A stretch of 64,000 bases of DNA. Source: Candidatus Binatia bacterium (lineage in GTDB: Bacteria; Desulfobacterota; Binatia; HRBIN30). Below the pieces are notes generated by a model, which made no database searches, was not told the origin of the DNA, and saw only the letters and a list, made by a program, of their open reading frames with translations. Shown here one piece after another: positions 28,689 to 38,803 of this stretch. Each line of letters opens with the position of its first letter. Position 1 is the stretch's first letter. The translations under genes were made by a program, and so were the position numbers. The stretch covers positions 1 through 64,000 of the forward strand of contig JBBRSP010000015.1 in the NCBI GenBank assembly GCA_038245295.1. The letters run 5' to 3'.

Positions 28689-29840
28689 TCACCTCGCGAC
28701 CCACCCTTGCCGCTGAAACGCCGCCAAAATCATCTGCGCCAGCAAAAGATGCCCGGCCTCGTTTGGATGCACCATGTCGTAGGGATCGAAAAGTTGGTTC
28801 ACGTCACGCGCGGCAAACTCGCCTTCCGCATCGACCAGAGCCACGTGTTCTTGTTCGGCGATGCGGCGTATCGCGGCGTTGTAGCCCAGGTGGATCCGTG
28901 TGAGGGTCGAGTAGTCGGGGATTTGGTTCTTGGTCCAGGGTTGCAACTCGGGATAGCGGGCCATGATTTCGGAGAGTGGTCCAACCGGTTCGGTGATCAG
29001 CAACGGTTGGGCGCCGCGCCGACGGATCAGATGCACCAGATCGGTCACATTCTGCTCGTACTCGTCGACGCTGACGCGCGGCGTGTGCTCTTTGCTCGTC
29101 GGCATTCCCGCCGACGTCGGTTTGGGAAGCAGCTCCATTGCCGCCAGGGCAGCCCGATAGGTGGCCAGCGACTGCGCGTTGATCGACAACCAGTGCCAAG
29201 GGATGCCGCGCAGATCCTTGCCTTCCGGGCCACGCAGCTGGCCATGATCGTTCCAGCCGAACATGATCGTCACGACGTCGGGCTGGAGATCACCCAGGTA
29301 AGCGCGGAAGTAGCGGATGCCTTGCATCGTGTCGTAGCCGTAGACGCCGGCGTTGATGACTTCGACATTCGACTGGCGCGTGTGCCCCCACAACACGGTT
29401 TGTAGAGCGTCCGGGTACGCATTGTCCCGGCAGAGCCGTGGGTTGCCACAGCCCCAGGCGCCGTAGGTAACCGAGTCGCCCAGGGTCAGCACACGCAAGG
29501 TGTCGGGCGGTTTGCGACGGCTCCGTTCTGGACCAACGAAGCCCATGGAGTTGATGTAACCTATATTGTGAGGCAGCCACGAGTTCGGACGCAGACGCCA
29601 CGACAGCAGCGCATCGTACTCGCGTGTCGCGAACATGAGGTTCTTGCCGTCCTGCGGATAGAGCTTACCGGTCACGCGACGCTCGACGCGTTCGTTGATC
29701 CGCAGAGCCCGGGTCAGCAACTCGATGCTCCCAAAGAGTACAATCGACGGCACGGTGGCCACGACGATCAACCGTCCCATACGCATCCAGAGCGGCACCT
29801 TGGCGCGGTCGCTCCCTTGATTCGTTTGCATACGCGACAC
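28689..29840 (-). CDS. Membrane-anchored SGNH/GDSL hydrolase-family protein
   Basis: LGDSVTYG, NAGVYGY, FGWND, DMVHPN. Confidence 0.88.
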   Translation of the reverse strand: MSRMQTNQGSDRAKVPLWMRMGRLIVVATVPSIVLFGSIELLTRALRINERVERRVTGKLYPQDGKNLMFATREYDALLSWRLRPNSWLPHNIGYINSMGFVGPERSRRKPPDTLRVLTLGDSVTYGAWGCGNPRLCRDNAYPDALQTVLWGHTRQSNVEVINAGVYGYDTMQGIRYFRAYLGDLQPDVVTIMFGWNDHGQLRGPEGKDLRGIPWHWLSINAQSLATYRAALAAMELLPKPTSAGMPTSKEHTPRVSVDEYEQNVTDLVHLIRRRGAQPLLITEPVGPLSEIMARYPELQPWTKNQIPDYSTLTRIHLGYNAAIRRIAEQEHVALVDAEGEFAARDVNQLFDPYDMVHPNEAGHLLLAQMILAAFQRQGWVAR

Positions 29841-29908
29841 CTCGTATCACAACCCGGCGCCTTGCCTCCAATTGTGTCCGCACGTTACGATTGACAATGG
29901 TACGCCGC

Positions 29909-30901
29909 ATGCCTGTGGAACAAATTCCCCACCGCGCCGAGCGCTTCCATGGCATCGACGTGCTGAAGGCCTTCGCGATTTTGTCGGTTGTGTGGATTCA
30001 CGCGCACGACACCCTCGGGCCCAATCCGAGCATCGCGGTGCAGATCACGCGGTCGTTCAGTCACTTCGTCGTCGCCAGCTTCTTGTTTGCCTCCGGCTTC
30101 CTGCACTGGAGCGCGACGCCGCTACCGGCGAGGACCGTGGGCCGGCGCTTCCTGCGCGTACTCCTGCCCTACACCATCGCCAGCATCGTCGCGTTGACCA
30201 CCTCGCATTGGTACCAGGGCTCGGCTCCGACGTGGTCGGAAGCCCTTTACCAATTCGCCACGGGCTCGGCCCTCGGCTTCTACCACTTCGTGCCCCTGCT
30301 GATCGCGGCGGTGCTCTTGTCGTATTTCCTTTCGCGCTCGACGGTGCTGACCCGCTTTGCCCTGGTCGTCATGCTGATCGCCGGTCTCCTGACAGCGCAG
30401 GGCATCATCGACGTTGGTACGTTCTGGTATCCGCGCCATCCGATTCGCTGGTGGGTCTATTACCTGTTTGGCTGGGTGGTGCGGGAGCACTGGCCGCAGA
30501 TGCTCGCCATCGACGAGCGGCGCAGCCGCATCGGCGCCGTCGTGCTGGCTAGCCTCGGCATCGCCTTCGCCATCAGCGGCTCATGGATCCTCAGCACGCG
30601 TACGCCGCGGATCCTCTGGGGCGCACTCATCTATATCGGTAGTCTCCTCTGGGTGGGTGGCCTGGTCTTTTCCGTGCGCACGCAGCGCACAAACGCCGCG
30701 TTGCAATACCTCTCGGACGCCACCTATCCGGTCTACCTCTACCACTACTTCTTTGTTGTGCCGGTGTGGGCGGCGCTTGGACACGTGGGCTCTTTGCGCA
30801 CGACAGTCGTCGCCTACATCGCCGGCTGGGCCGGCAGCCTGTTGGTGATCACGGTCGGCCGACGCAGCCTCGGACGTTGGGCGCGCTGGCTCATCGGTTG
30901 A
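29909..30901 (+). CDS. Acyltransferase family 3 (AT3) membrane protein
   Basis: GIDVLKAFAILSVVWIH, FLFASGFL, RRFLRVLLPY, LSDATYPVYLYH; start uncertain (29897 or 29909). Confidence 0.87.
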   Translation: MPVEQIPHRAERFHGIDVLKAFAILSVVWIHAHDTLGPNPSIAVQITRSFSHFVVASFLFASGFLHWSATPLPARTVGRRFLRVLLPYTIASIVALTTSHWYQGSAPTWSEALYQFATGSALGFYHFVPLLIAAVLLSYFLSRSTVLTRFALVVMLIAGLLTAQGIIDVGTFWYPRHPIRWWVYYLFGWVVREHWPQMLAIDERRSRIGAVVLASLGIAFAISGSWILSTRTPRILWGALIYIGSLLWVGGLVFSVRTQRTNAALQYLSDATYPVYLYHYFFVVPVWAALGHVGSLRTTVVAYIAGWAGSLLVITVGRRSLGRWARWLIG

Positions 30902-32036
30902 GCCCGGCGCCGCGCTCGGCGCGCAGGATCGGCTCCACCAGCAACTGCGCCAGCTTCCGCCGGCCGGCCTGGTTGGGATGGATCGGGTCGAAGCGCTGGC
31001 CCGGAAACATCGGCTCGCGAAACTCGTCTGGCGTCAGCGCGTCACTCAGGTCGGCCACGACAACGCCATGGCGCTGCGCCGCTTGACGCAGCTGCTCCAA
31101 AAAGTACTCTTGCACGCGCGGCTCGACGTAGTCATCGTGCACGGCGGGATTGATTGGCCCGGCGTACAACACGCAACGTGAATCCAGAAAGTCTCCACAG
31201 AGGGCGGCAACCGCTTCGATCGAACCCCAATGCGGGTTAGGGCCGAAATCCTCCCAGTTGATGCGATAACGCCGTAGCGGATTTTGCCGTGGTCCGGTGC
31301 TGGCGACCCCGTCGGCAAAGATCCGCTTGTCGATCGACGCAGCCCAAGTCTGCGGCAGCCGCATGCGTAGGCGTTCCCACAGGATCTCGCGCAGTTGGCG
31401 ACGCACATCGAATGTCGACCAGGATCCGGCAACCAGGCCGGACAGAGTCTGCTCGGGGGTGCTGATCGACAGCCACCAGTCACCCATGCCGCTGCGATAC
31501 AAACGCCACAGGTCGTCGGCGGCCATCTGCCAGCGGATATGCGTCACGTTGGCGCGCGGTGCGGCGATCGGAAAGGCACGGCTCTGCACACCCCAGACGA
31601 TCGTATGCACGCCGCTGCCGATGTAGCGGTCGGCCATCAACGCCGCCTCGGTGGCATACAGACCCATGATACCGCCATGAATGACTTCGAACTGCTCATC
31701 GGGATGCCGGCCCGTCAGCTCTTGCTGCGTAAAATACGGCAGCTCGACCTCGTTGGGATCGAGAGTGTTCATGGTCGAGTCACCGATCATCGCCACGAAC
31801 TTCTTTGACGGTCGCTGCGCCAGGGCGCGCATCAGCATGGACAGGTTGTCGCCGCCGGCCCAGGCGCGCAGCGACGTTTGCGTCGAGTAGCGACTGCGAA
31901 TGTAGCGCGGCAGAAAGACCGTGCGCACGCCGATCTCGATCAGAGCGAGGAGCAGCAGAACCCCAGCAACAACGCACCAGAGCGAGGCCCAGCGCACCCG
32001 GCGCGCTGCTCTATTCCGAACGTCAACGGAGGCCAT
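30891..32036 (-). CDS. Second DltD/AlgJ-like SGNH-fold protein (paralog of 15028-16158)
   Basis: IGDSTMN, GLYATEAAL, GVQSRAFP, VLYAGPINP, FDPIHPN. Confidence 0.72.
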   Translation of the reverse strand: MASVDVRNRAARRVRWASLWCVVAGVLLLLALIEIGVRTVFLPRYIRSRYSTQTSLRAWAGGDNLSMLMRALAQRPSKKFVAMIGDSTMNTLDPNEVELPYFTQQELTGRHPDEQFEVIHGGIMGLYATEAALMADRYIGSGVHTIVWGVQSRAFPIAAPRANVTHIRWQMAADDLWRLYRSGMGDWWLSISTPEQTLSGLVAGSWSTFDVRRQLREILWERLRMRLPQTWAASIDKRIFADGVASTGPRQNPLRRYRINWEDFGPNPHWGSIEAVAALCGDFLDSRCVLYAGPINPAVHDDYVEPRVQEYFLEQLRQAAQRHGVVVADLSDALTPDEFREPMFPGQRFDPIHPNQAGRRKLAQLLVEPILRAERGAGLNR

Positions 32037-32069
32037 ACCGAGTCACGCGACGCACAGCGACGTCTGGCC

Positions 32070-35060
32070 TCACGGCTCATCCATTTCAGAACGGCCGGCG
32101 CGTTGCCGGTACCACAGAGCCGCTTGGCAAACTTCAGCCGTCGTATCGGCGCTCAGGGCGTCGAGCTGCGATGCGTCGATCGGCACCATGAGACCGGCAG
32201 CCACCCAAGCGGCGCCGGCGCGTATATCGCTGACTTTCGAGCGCAGCAGTGCCGGCAGCGCGGCGGCGACGGGTTCGGGCGTGGTTTCGGCAATGCGCGT
32301 TAGCAACGCCCAGGGCACGCGGGTATCGATATCCCCGAGGTCGCCGATCGGCTCGACAAATTTGGCCCCCTCACCGAGCTCCACCAGACTTGCCGCCGCC
32401 GAAACCCCAAGATCGTCGACATCCGTCGGGTCGCCCACCAGGCGCGCCAGAAATGGGATGGCTGCCCGCGCGTCGCTGAGACCGGCGGCACGCACCGCGA
32501 ATGAACGCAACGCCAGGACTTCCCATGGATTGTCCATCCAGCGGATCAAATCGCCGACGTGATCGTGCAATTCAGCCCACTCCGGCTCCGGTGTCGGGGC
32601 CCACCAGAACGATTCGACGGTACTCTTCGAGGCGATGTTGAAGAGCACACCGGCATAGCTGGCACGGTCAGCCGGCAGCGACCCTTCGATCGCTTTGACA
32701 AGCGACGGCATGGCGCGCGCGTCGGCCAACTCGGAACCAACCCGGAGGAACAACTCGCGTGTTGACGCCGGCAGCGTCGTATCGGTGGCCAGGGCAGCCA
32801 ACACGCTGGCGCCGAGGCGACTGCGACTCTGTCGCACGGCATGGGCAACCTTGTGCTGGGCGCGCGGCGGCAGGCCGCGAATGGCGTCGGCCAGGACACC
32901 AAACTCGAGGCGCTTGACGCGCGACAACGCCGTCTCGGCAAGCCGCCCGGAGGCGCCGGCGTGGGTGCGCAGCTCGTCGCGCCAGAACTTCATATCCGCG
33001 AGCATCTCCGAGCGACCGCGGCCGGGTCCGGCGGCGGCCGTCGCATTCCCGTGTCGCAAGACATCGAACTGCCCGATGCGCCGCTCGATGGCATAGTGAC
33101 TGGTCACCCAGCGTCGCAGGTTGAAGTAGTAGACGGGAGCCTGCGCAAAGAACAATGCGTGCGCATGCAGTGCCACGATGTACTCGGGGGGCTTGGCCTG
33201 TAGCGCTTCAATGACTTCGGCCTCGACTTCATGGCCCGGCCAGCCGGGGTAGAAGTAGCCGTGACGCGTCGGGTTGGGGCGATCGGCGAGGAAGCACAGG
33301 ATATCGAGGACCGGGAACGTGAAGACACGCGCCCCAGCCGGCGACTCTTCTCGCAGAAAGCGCGTCGTCGCACGCACCCCGCGGAACAGCTTGGAAGCGC
33401 CGGCCTCGATGGCCACGGTCGCCCGCTCGTCATCGAGCCAGATCATCCCGCTGCTGTCGCCGCTGTGCCACACGCGGATCATGTCAAAAGCACGCTTGAT
33501 CGCCGATTTCTGCATGATCGCGATCGGCACGACGAGAGCGACGAGGGCAAGACTCGCCACCAAGCGTCGCGCCCCCGGTGTCGCCGACATGCCGCGTGTC
33601 CACGATCGCAACAAGCCATCCAACAGCCAAGCCCCCAAGATCAACAAGCCAGGGCTCGCCGGGACCAGGTGCATGAAATCGGTGCGCGGATAGATCTGCG
33701 TGTGCATCAAGATCGCCGACAGTAGCGTGCACAGAATCAATCCCGGTTGATATTGGCGCACGCCAGGCGCGCTGTGACCGGCATAGTCGGTGAGCGGCCG
33801 CTGGCGTCGCACACCCGCCACCCATACGGCGATGGCCGACCACATGACTGCCAGGGCCAGAGCAAACGAGACATCGCGCAGGCGCGAGGTGACTGCGGGA
33901 GACAGGCCTTCGATCATCGGTGGAGGCAGGAAGCGCAACACCGCCAAGCCCAGGCCAACGCCCACCAGCAAACCGGCAGCGATCCAACCGGCCGGTAGCC
34001 AGCGCTTACGCATCATCCAGCCGACAACCGCCGCCGCGATGAAGGCGGTCGCCAGGAGGATCCCCCACGTCCCAAGCGGTGGATACGCGATGAAATAGAA
34101 GCGCTCGAAGTCGGCGCCGATGAACAAAATGGCACGCAAGAAGCCGCGCGGGCCAAGACGTGTCCAGTAGTACCCCACCCACCACGCATTGGCCGCGGCG
34201 AACCCAAGCACCACAAGCAGCCCGTCGAGCACGACATCGGTGGGCGGACGCGGTCGTACGCCAGGCATCGACCATAGGCCGCGCGCCACGATGACAACCA
34301 CCAGGGGAGCGGCAAACAGCACGAAACCACGCACGCCCGCACCACCGCCGAACATCGCCGAAAGCCCGGCGACGATGGCGGCGATGCCGAGCCAGCGCAG
34401 CCACCAGACAACGGCCGCCATACGACTCGGGCGCAATGGATCAGCGGCGGCGCTGGTTGCCGTCACCGCCAGAGCGAGAAAGATCGCCGCCAGGTTCAGC
34501 AAGCCACTGTTCGGCTTGAAGGCAAATGACAACCCGGCCAGCACCCCGGCGGCCAGCCACCAGGCGCGGCTGCCACCGCGCCACCAGCGCCCAACCGCCA
34601 GAATGCTCGCGAGCCAGAAGACCGTGATGTACCAGTATGGGTAAGGGATGTTCGCTGGGAAGAACTGCCCCTCGTAAAACGGGATCATGGCGACGCTGAC
34701 AAACGCCGCGAACAGGGCGCTGGCGCGACGCACGCCGATTTGTCGAGCCGAGACATAGATGAGCAGCGCTGCCACCGCGTTGAACGCGGCAAGCACGACC
34801 CGCAGCCAAAGGATGTTTACCCCAAAGAGGCGAAACACTTCGACGTTCAGGAGAAAGACGCCGGGCGTGTAGCCGGCGTGAAAATCAACGTAGAGCGTCT
34901 GGCCCTGGTAGGCGCGATAGATCTGGTAGATCAGCGTCCCTTCGTCATCGAGATTGAACCCATAGGGAGCAAGCGCCAGGAAGTAGGCGAACGCCAACAC
35001 AAGCACCACAACACCGCACAAGCGGTTTAGCCAAACACGACTCATCGAAGCCCTTCTCAT
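32070..35060 (-). CDS. GT-C (ArnT/PMT-like) polytopic membrane protein with C-terminal HEAT-like region
   Basis: DDEG acidic pair after TM1, DFHAGYTPG, FAFKPN, many TMs, helical C-terminus (VRAAG, IRAGAAW). Confidence 0.7.
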   Translation of the reverse strand: MRRASMSRVWLNRLCGVVVLVLAFAYFLALAPYGFNLDDEGTLIYQIYRAYQGQTLYVDFHAGYTPGVFLLNVEVFRLFGVNILWLRVVLAAFNAVAALLIYVSARQIGVRRASALFAAFVSVAMIPFYEGQFFPANIPYPYWYITVFWLASILAVGRWWRGGSRAWWLAAGVLAGLSFAFKPNSGLLNLAAIFLALAVTATSAAADPLRPSRMAAVVWWLRWLGIAAIVAGLSAMFGGGAGVRGFVLFAAPLVVVIVARGLWSMPGVRPRPPTDVVLDGLLVVLGFAAANAWWVGYYWTRLGPRGFLRAILFIGADFERFYFIAYPPLGTWGILLATAFIAAAVVGWMMRKRWLPAGWIAAGLLVGVGLGLAVLRFLPPPMIEGLSPAVTSRLRDVSFALALAVMWSAIAVWVAGVRRQRPLTDYAGHSAPGVRQYQPGLILCTLLSAILMHTQIYPRTDFMHLVPASPGLLILGAWLLDGLLRSWTRGMSATPGARRLVASLALVALVVPIAIMQKSAIKRAFDMIRVWHSGDSSGMIWLDDERATVAIEAGASKLFRGVRATTRFLREESPAGARVFTFPVLDILCFLADRPNPTRHGYFYPGWPGHEVEAEVIEALQAKPPEYIVALHAHALFFAQAPVYYFNLRRWVTSHYAIERRIGQFDVLRHGNATAAAGPGRGRSEMLADMKFWRDELRTHAGASGRLAETALSRVKRLEFGVLADAIRGLPPRAQHKVAHAVRQSRSRLGASVLAALATDTTLPASTRELFLRVGSELADARAMPSLVKAIEGSLPADRASYAGVLFNIASKSTVESFWWAPTPEPEWAELHDHVGDLIRWMDNPWEVLALRSFAVRAAGLSDARAAIPFLARLVGDPTDVDDLGVSAAASLVELGEGAKFVEPIGDLGDIDTRVPWALLTRIAETTPEPVAAALPALLRSKVSDIRAGAAWVAAGLMVPIDASQLDALSADTTAEVCQAALWYRQRAGRSEMDEP

Positions 35061-35075
35061 GATGACCGGGCCTTC

Positions 35076-37622
35076 CTACCGCGACGAGCCCTCCTCTGCC
35101 ACCGCGACCGACACTTCCTCGGGCGCGAGGCATTTTTGCGCTCGCAGCCTCTGCGCCCATTCAGCAGCGCTGCGAACTCGCGGATCGGGATCGCTCAGCA
35201 GGCGCGCGACAAATTTCTCGACACCGCGAACACCCGTAGCGGCGAGCACCATCGCTACGGCGCGCATCTCGGCGCGGTCGCTGGCGGCGATCTCCTCGAT
35301 GCAGGCGCTAGCGTGGTCACCGCACAGGTCGGTTAAGCGACGACGCAATACCAGTGGCGCCAGGGGTGAACCGGCTGCCATCTGCGACGCCAACTCGCGA
35401 AACACTTCCTGTGGATCGTCGCTGCGAAACCACTCCGCCGCCACCGCCAGCCGCACCAACGGTTGCGGATCGCGCCAGGCGATCTGTGCGGCGTCGCGGC
35501 GCTCTTCCGCACCGCTGTGCCGCATGCCGATCAGCCAGGCGGCAAAGACTCGCAGTCGCACGTCGGGCTCGTTCTGCCAGGCTACCGCCGTGTCGATGAG
35601 CGACGGACTCGGGACTGCCGTCGCGCTGGAGATCGGCCCGCGCAGCAGTTGCCGCAACGCGATATTGAACAGGGCGCTGCGAAATTCTTCGTTCTCGCGG
35701 CCGGCCGCCGGCAACGGGTAGGTCGCCAGCCGCCAGGCGGCGCGGTAGTCGCCGCGTTCACCGATGACGCGCAGAAACGTCAGGCGACGCCGACCGACGG
35801 CCGCATTCCACGTCTCGACCAGGGGTAGTACTTCGGATGGCCGACCAACGGCGCGAATCTCCTCGACATCGGTCAACTCGGGTACAGGTTCAGGAAGAAA
35901 CGTAGCCGCCTGCCCGGCCCCAGCGGCCCGACGTTGCAGGAGAACATTTTCGCCGAACCGCTGGGCCGTTTGGTAACGCGTCTCGAGAAACTGGCGCAGC
36001 AACAGGAAATAGGCCGGCGCATCGGCGAAGAACAAAGGCGGCGGATCGGCGACGACGGCAAGTGGCGGTGGTTGTTGGCACAGTGCCGCCACCACCTCGG
36101 CCTCGACTTGGTGATCCGGCCAGCCCGGATAGAAATAGCCGATGCGCGTCGGCACCGCGCGGGCGCTCAGGAAGGCGACGAGATCCAGGTCGGGAAAGGT
36201 GACGAGGCGGTGCGAGTCGGGATCGAGCTCGTCGAGGCGCCGCACCAGCGACACCAGATCGCGCAGCGGGCGGCCGAAGCCGTCCTGTCTGGCCAGCACA
36301 GGGGCTCGCTTCAGCGTGAGGCGTTCCAGACCCGGCTGGCCGGCAAGATACCGCAGCACCTGCGCCACCACCGCCGCTTGCGGCAGCGCGACGAGCCCGA
36401 GCCCAAGGATCGCCGCGGCGCCACACACCCAGCTGGGCGCCACGAACCGCCACAGCAACGCCGCCGCGAGAACCCAGACGAGCGGCGCCGAGTAGCTCAA
36501 GTGGAAGTAGTCGCTTCGCGGGTAGACACCCAACAGGAGCAAGAGTGCTGCCGAGAACACGAACCAATGGCGCTGCTGCTGGGCGCGTACCAGCGGCTCG
36601 GCGTCAGCTCGTCGGCGTTCCAGCAGCAGCACGAAGGTCAGGACGAGGGCGGCAAGCACGACCGCAAAGGCAATCTCTTCGGCACGCAAACGTACGGCGA
36701 CGACGAAACCGTCCGGCATCGGTGCCGCGACCGCAACAACCAATACGCCGACCACCGTGGCGCACAGCCCCGCCGGCGCGAGCCACGAAACGCGACGACC
36801 GAAGCGTGCCCAAATCAGCCCGCCGATCAGCAGCGACGACGTGGTGGCGAGCTGAACGCGGTAGGGGATGTAGAACAACTGCTCGAAGCCGGCGCCGACG
36901 AACAGCACGTCGCGCAGCAGCCGCGACCAGCCGAGCAACCACCACTCGCGCAGGACCACAGGCAGTACGACCAATACAAAGCCGGCAGCTACAACCAGCA
37001 GCGAGCGCAGTAGGGACCAAGACGGGCCAACCACGACGACGATCGAGAGCGCCACGGCAATTAGATTGAACGCCCCCGTGTTCGGCTTGAAGGCGAAGCT
37101 CAGCGCACACAAAGCGCCGACCACCACGAGCCAGCGCCGCCGTTGGTCGACACGCCATCGATCGAGCAGAAGGAGCCCGGTGAGCCAGAAGAGGAGCGTA
37201 TACCAACACGGATACGGAACGTTGAAACTACACGACGTGGTGGTGACGACCGGCAGCATCACCACGTAGGCGACGGCTCCGGCAACGGCACCGGAGCGTG
37301 GCATCAACCAGCGACCGATCACGAAGAGAAGCGCCGTATTGGTGGCGTTGACTACCGCCAGGACCCAGCGGATGGACAGGAGATCCGTGCCGAGCCAGCG
37401 CAGAATCGCCGCATGCCAATAGAAGTAGGCCGCACCGTAACCGGAAATGAAATCGAGATGGGGGATTTCACCGCGACGGGTGCGGTCAAACAGGTAGAGC
37501 GTGCCGCCATCCTCCCCGACGTTGAGACCGAACGGTGCTTGCAAGCCGAACCACACGGCCGCCATCAGCAGCACGACGGACGCCGCCCCCCAATCGGATC
37601 GTTGTGACTCGGCCGTCGACAT
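35076..37622 (-). CDS. GT-C-like membrane protein with HEAT-like C-terminus (paralog of 32070-35060)
   Basis: GEDG, DFISGY, FAFKPN, GYFYPGWP; DPQPLVRLAVA and LSDPDPRVRSAA HEAT-like motifs. Confidence 0.7.
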   Translation of the reverse strand: MSTAESQRSDWGAASVVLLMAAVWFGLQAPFGLNVGEDGGTLYLFDRTRRGEIPHLDFISGYGAAYFYWHAAILRWLGTDLLSIRWVLAVVNATNTALLFVIGRWLMPRSGAVAGAVAYVVMLPVVTTTSCSFNVPYPCWYTLLFWLTGLLLLDRWRVDQRRRWLVVVGALCALSFAFKPNTGAFNLIAVALSIVVVVGPSWSLLRSLLVVAAGFVLVVLPVVLREWWLLGWSRLLRDVLFVGAGFEQLFYIPYRVQLATTSSLLIGGLIWARFGRRVSWLAPAGLCATVVGVLVVAVAAPMPDGFVVAVRLRAEEIAFAVVLAALVLTFVLLLERRRADAEPLVRAQQQRHWFVFSAALLLLLGVYPRSDYFHLSYSAPLVWVLAAALLWRFVAPSWVCGAAAILGLGLVALPQAAVVAQVLRYLAGQPGLERLTLKRAPVLARQDGFGRPLRDLVSLVRRLDELDPDSHRLVTFPDLDLVAFLSARAVPTRIGYFYPGWPDHQVEAEVVAALCQQPPPLAVVADPPPLFFADAPAYFLLLRQFLETRYQTAQRFGENVLLQRRAAGAGQAATFLPEPVPELTDVEEIRAVGRPSEVLPLVETWNAAVGRRRLTFLRVIGERGDYRAAWRLATYPLPAAGRENEEFRSALFNIALRQLLRGPISSATAVPSPSLIDTAVAWQNEPDVRLRVFAAWLIGMRHSGAEERRDAAQIAWRDPQPLVRLAVAAEWFRSDDPQEVFRELASQMAAGSPLAPLVLRRRLTDLCGDHASACIEEIAASDRAEMRAVAMVLAATGVRGVEKFVARLLSDPDPRVRSAAEWAQRLRAQKCLAPEEVSVAVAEEGSSR

Positions 37623-37626
37623 CGCG

Positions 37627-38799
37627 CTAGTGACGATCGGCCAGCAGCCGATGGCTGGTCAGGGTCTGAGCGAGATCGGAAATTCGCGTGCGGCGGTCAA
37701 CGACGGCCTCGACGACGGCCAATACATCGGCGGCCGATTGACGCCAGGAGAACCGTTGCGCCCAAGCAAAGGCGCCGCGACCGAGGTTGTCGCGGTAAGG
37801 CGCATCGGTCAATACACGCCGCAACGCGGTCGTCAGCGCGTCGACATCACCGTATGGCACGAGAAGACCGGTCTCGCCGTCGCGCACCGCATCGCGCAAT
37901 CCGGGAACGTCGCTGGCCACGGCGGGTAAACCACAGGCATTGGCCTCTAGAACGGTCAGCCCCCAGCCTTCCTTCTCCGAGACGTTGGCGACGACATGGG
38001 CACGTTGGATTGCCGCGACCTTTTGCGCGTCGGAAACGAAGCCGGCGAACGTCACACTCGACTCGATCCGCAAATCGGCGGCCATCTGCTCCAAGGACTT
38101 GCGGGCGCCGCCGTCGCCGACAACAACGACGCGCAACGACGGCAATTGTGGCAACAGGCGCTGAGCTGCCTGCAGCACCAGATCGATGCGCTTGTAGAAT
38201 TCGACTCGCCCGAGCACGAGGATCGTCGGGTTGGGGTCGGCGACGCGTCCGCGGGCATTGTAGAGCTCATGGTTCAAGCCATTGGGAACCATGACGATCG
38301 AGTCGACGGGAATGCCACGCGCCACCAGATCGTCACGCGTACTGGGCGACACAGCGATGAACGGACGGCCGCGATAGGCAACCGGAATGAGTTTCTCGGC
38401 GGCCCAGACAGCGGCGGCGATCGGCGCCGCCACCTGCTGGAACGCCGTGCCTCCGAAGAGGTGATGCGTCAACAAGATGACCGGGGCGCCGCTGTACCAC
38501 GGAGTAAAGAACGGAATCTTGTTGAGATGCTCGATGATCACAGTGCCGGGGACGCGCAACTCGCGACGCACGGCAAACGGCAACTGCAGGTAATAGGTCA
38601 GGCGGTTGCCGAAACGTCGCACCCGCAGTCCGTCCTGGTCTTCCTGCGCGGCGGCGCCGGGAAAACGCGTGCACAGTAACGTCGGCGCGTACCCGGCCGC
38701 GACGAATTGACGCGCCATCTCGGCAATGTGGAGCTCGGCGCCGCCGGCCCACGGGTGGCGGATGTCGCGCTCGTTGAGAATCAGGAGCTTGCGCCCCAC
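37627..38799 (-). CDS. Glycosyltransferase family 4
   Basis: RDIRHPWAGGAE, AVSPST, GRVEFYK, EGWGLTVLEANACG. Confidence 0.92.
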   Translation of the reverse strand: MGRKLLILNERDIRHPWAGGAELHIAEMARQFVAAGYAPTLLCTRFPGAAAQEDQDGLRVRRFGNRLTYYLQLPFAVRRELRVPGTVIIEHLNKIPFFTPWYSGAPVILLTHHLFGGTAFQQVAAPIAAAVWAAEKLIPVAYRGRPFIAVSPSTRDDLVARGIPVDSIVMVPNGLNHELYNARGRVADPNPTILVLGRVEFYKRIDLVLQAAQRLLPQLPSLRVVVVGDGGARKSLEQMAADLRIESSVTFAGFVSDAQKVAAIQRAHVVANVSEKEGWGLTVLEANACGLPAVASDVPGLRDAVRDGETGLLVPYGDVDALTTALRRVLTDAPYRDNLGRGAFAWAQRFSWRQSAADVLAVVEAVVDRRTRISDLAQTLTSHRLLADRH

Positions 38800-38803
38800 G
38801 GCT

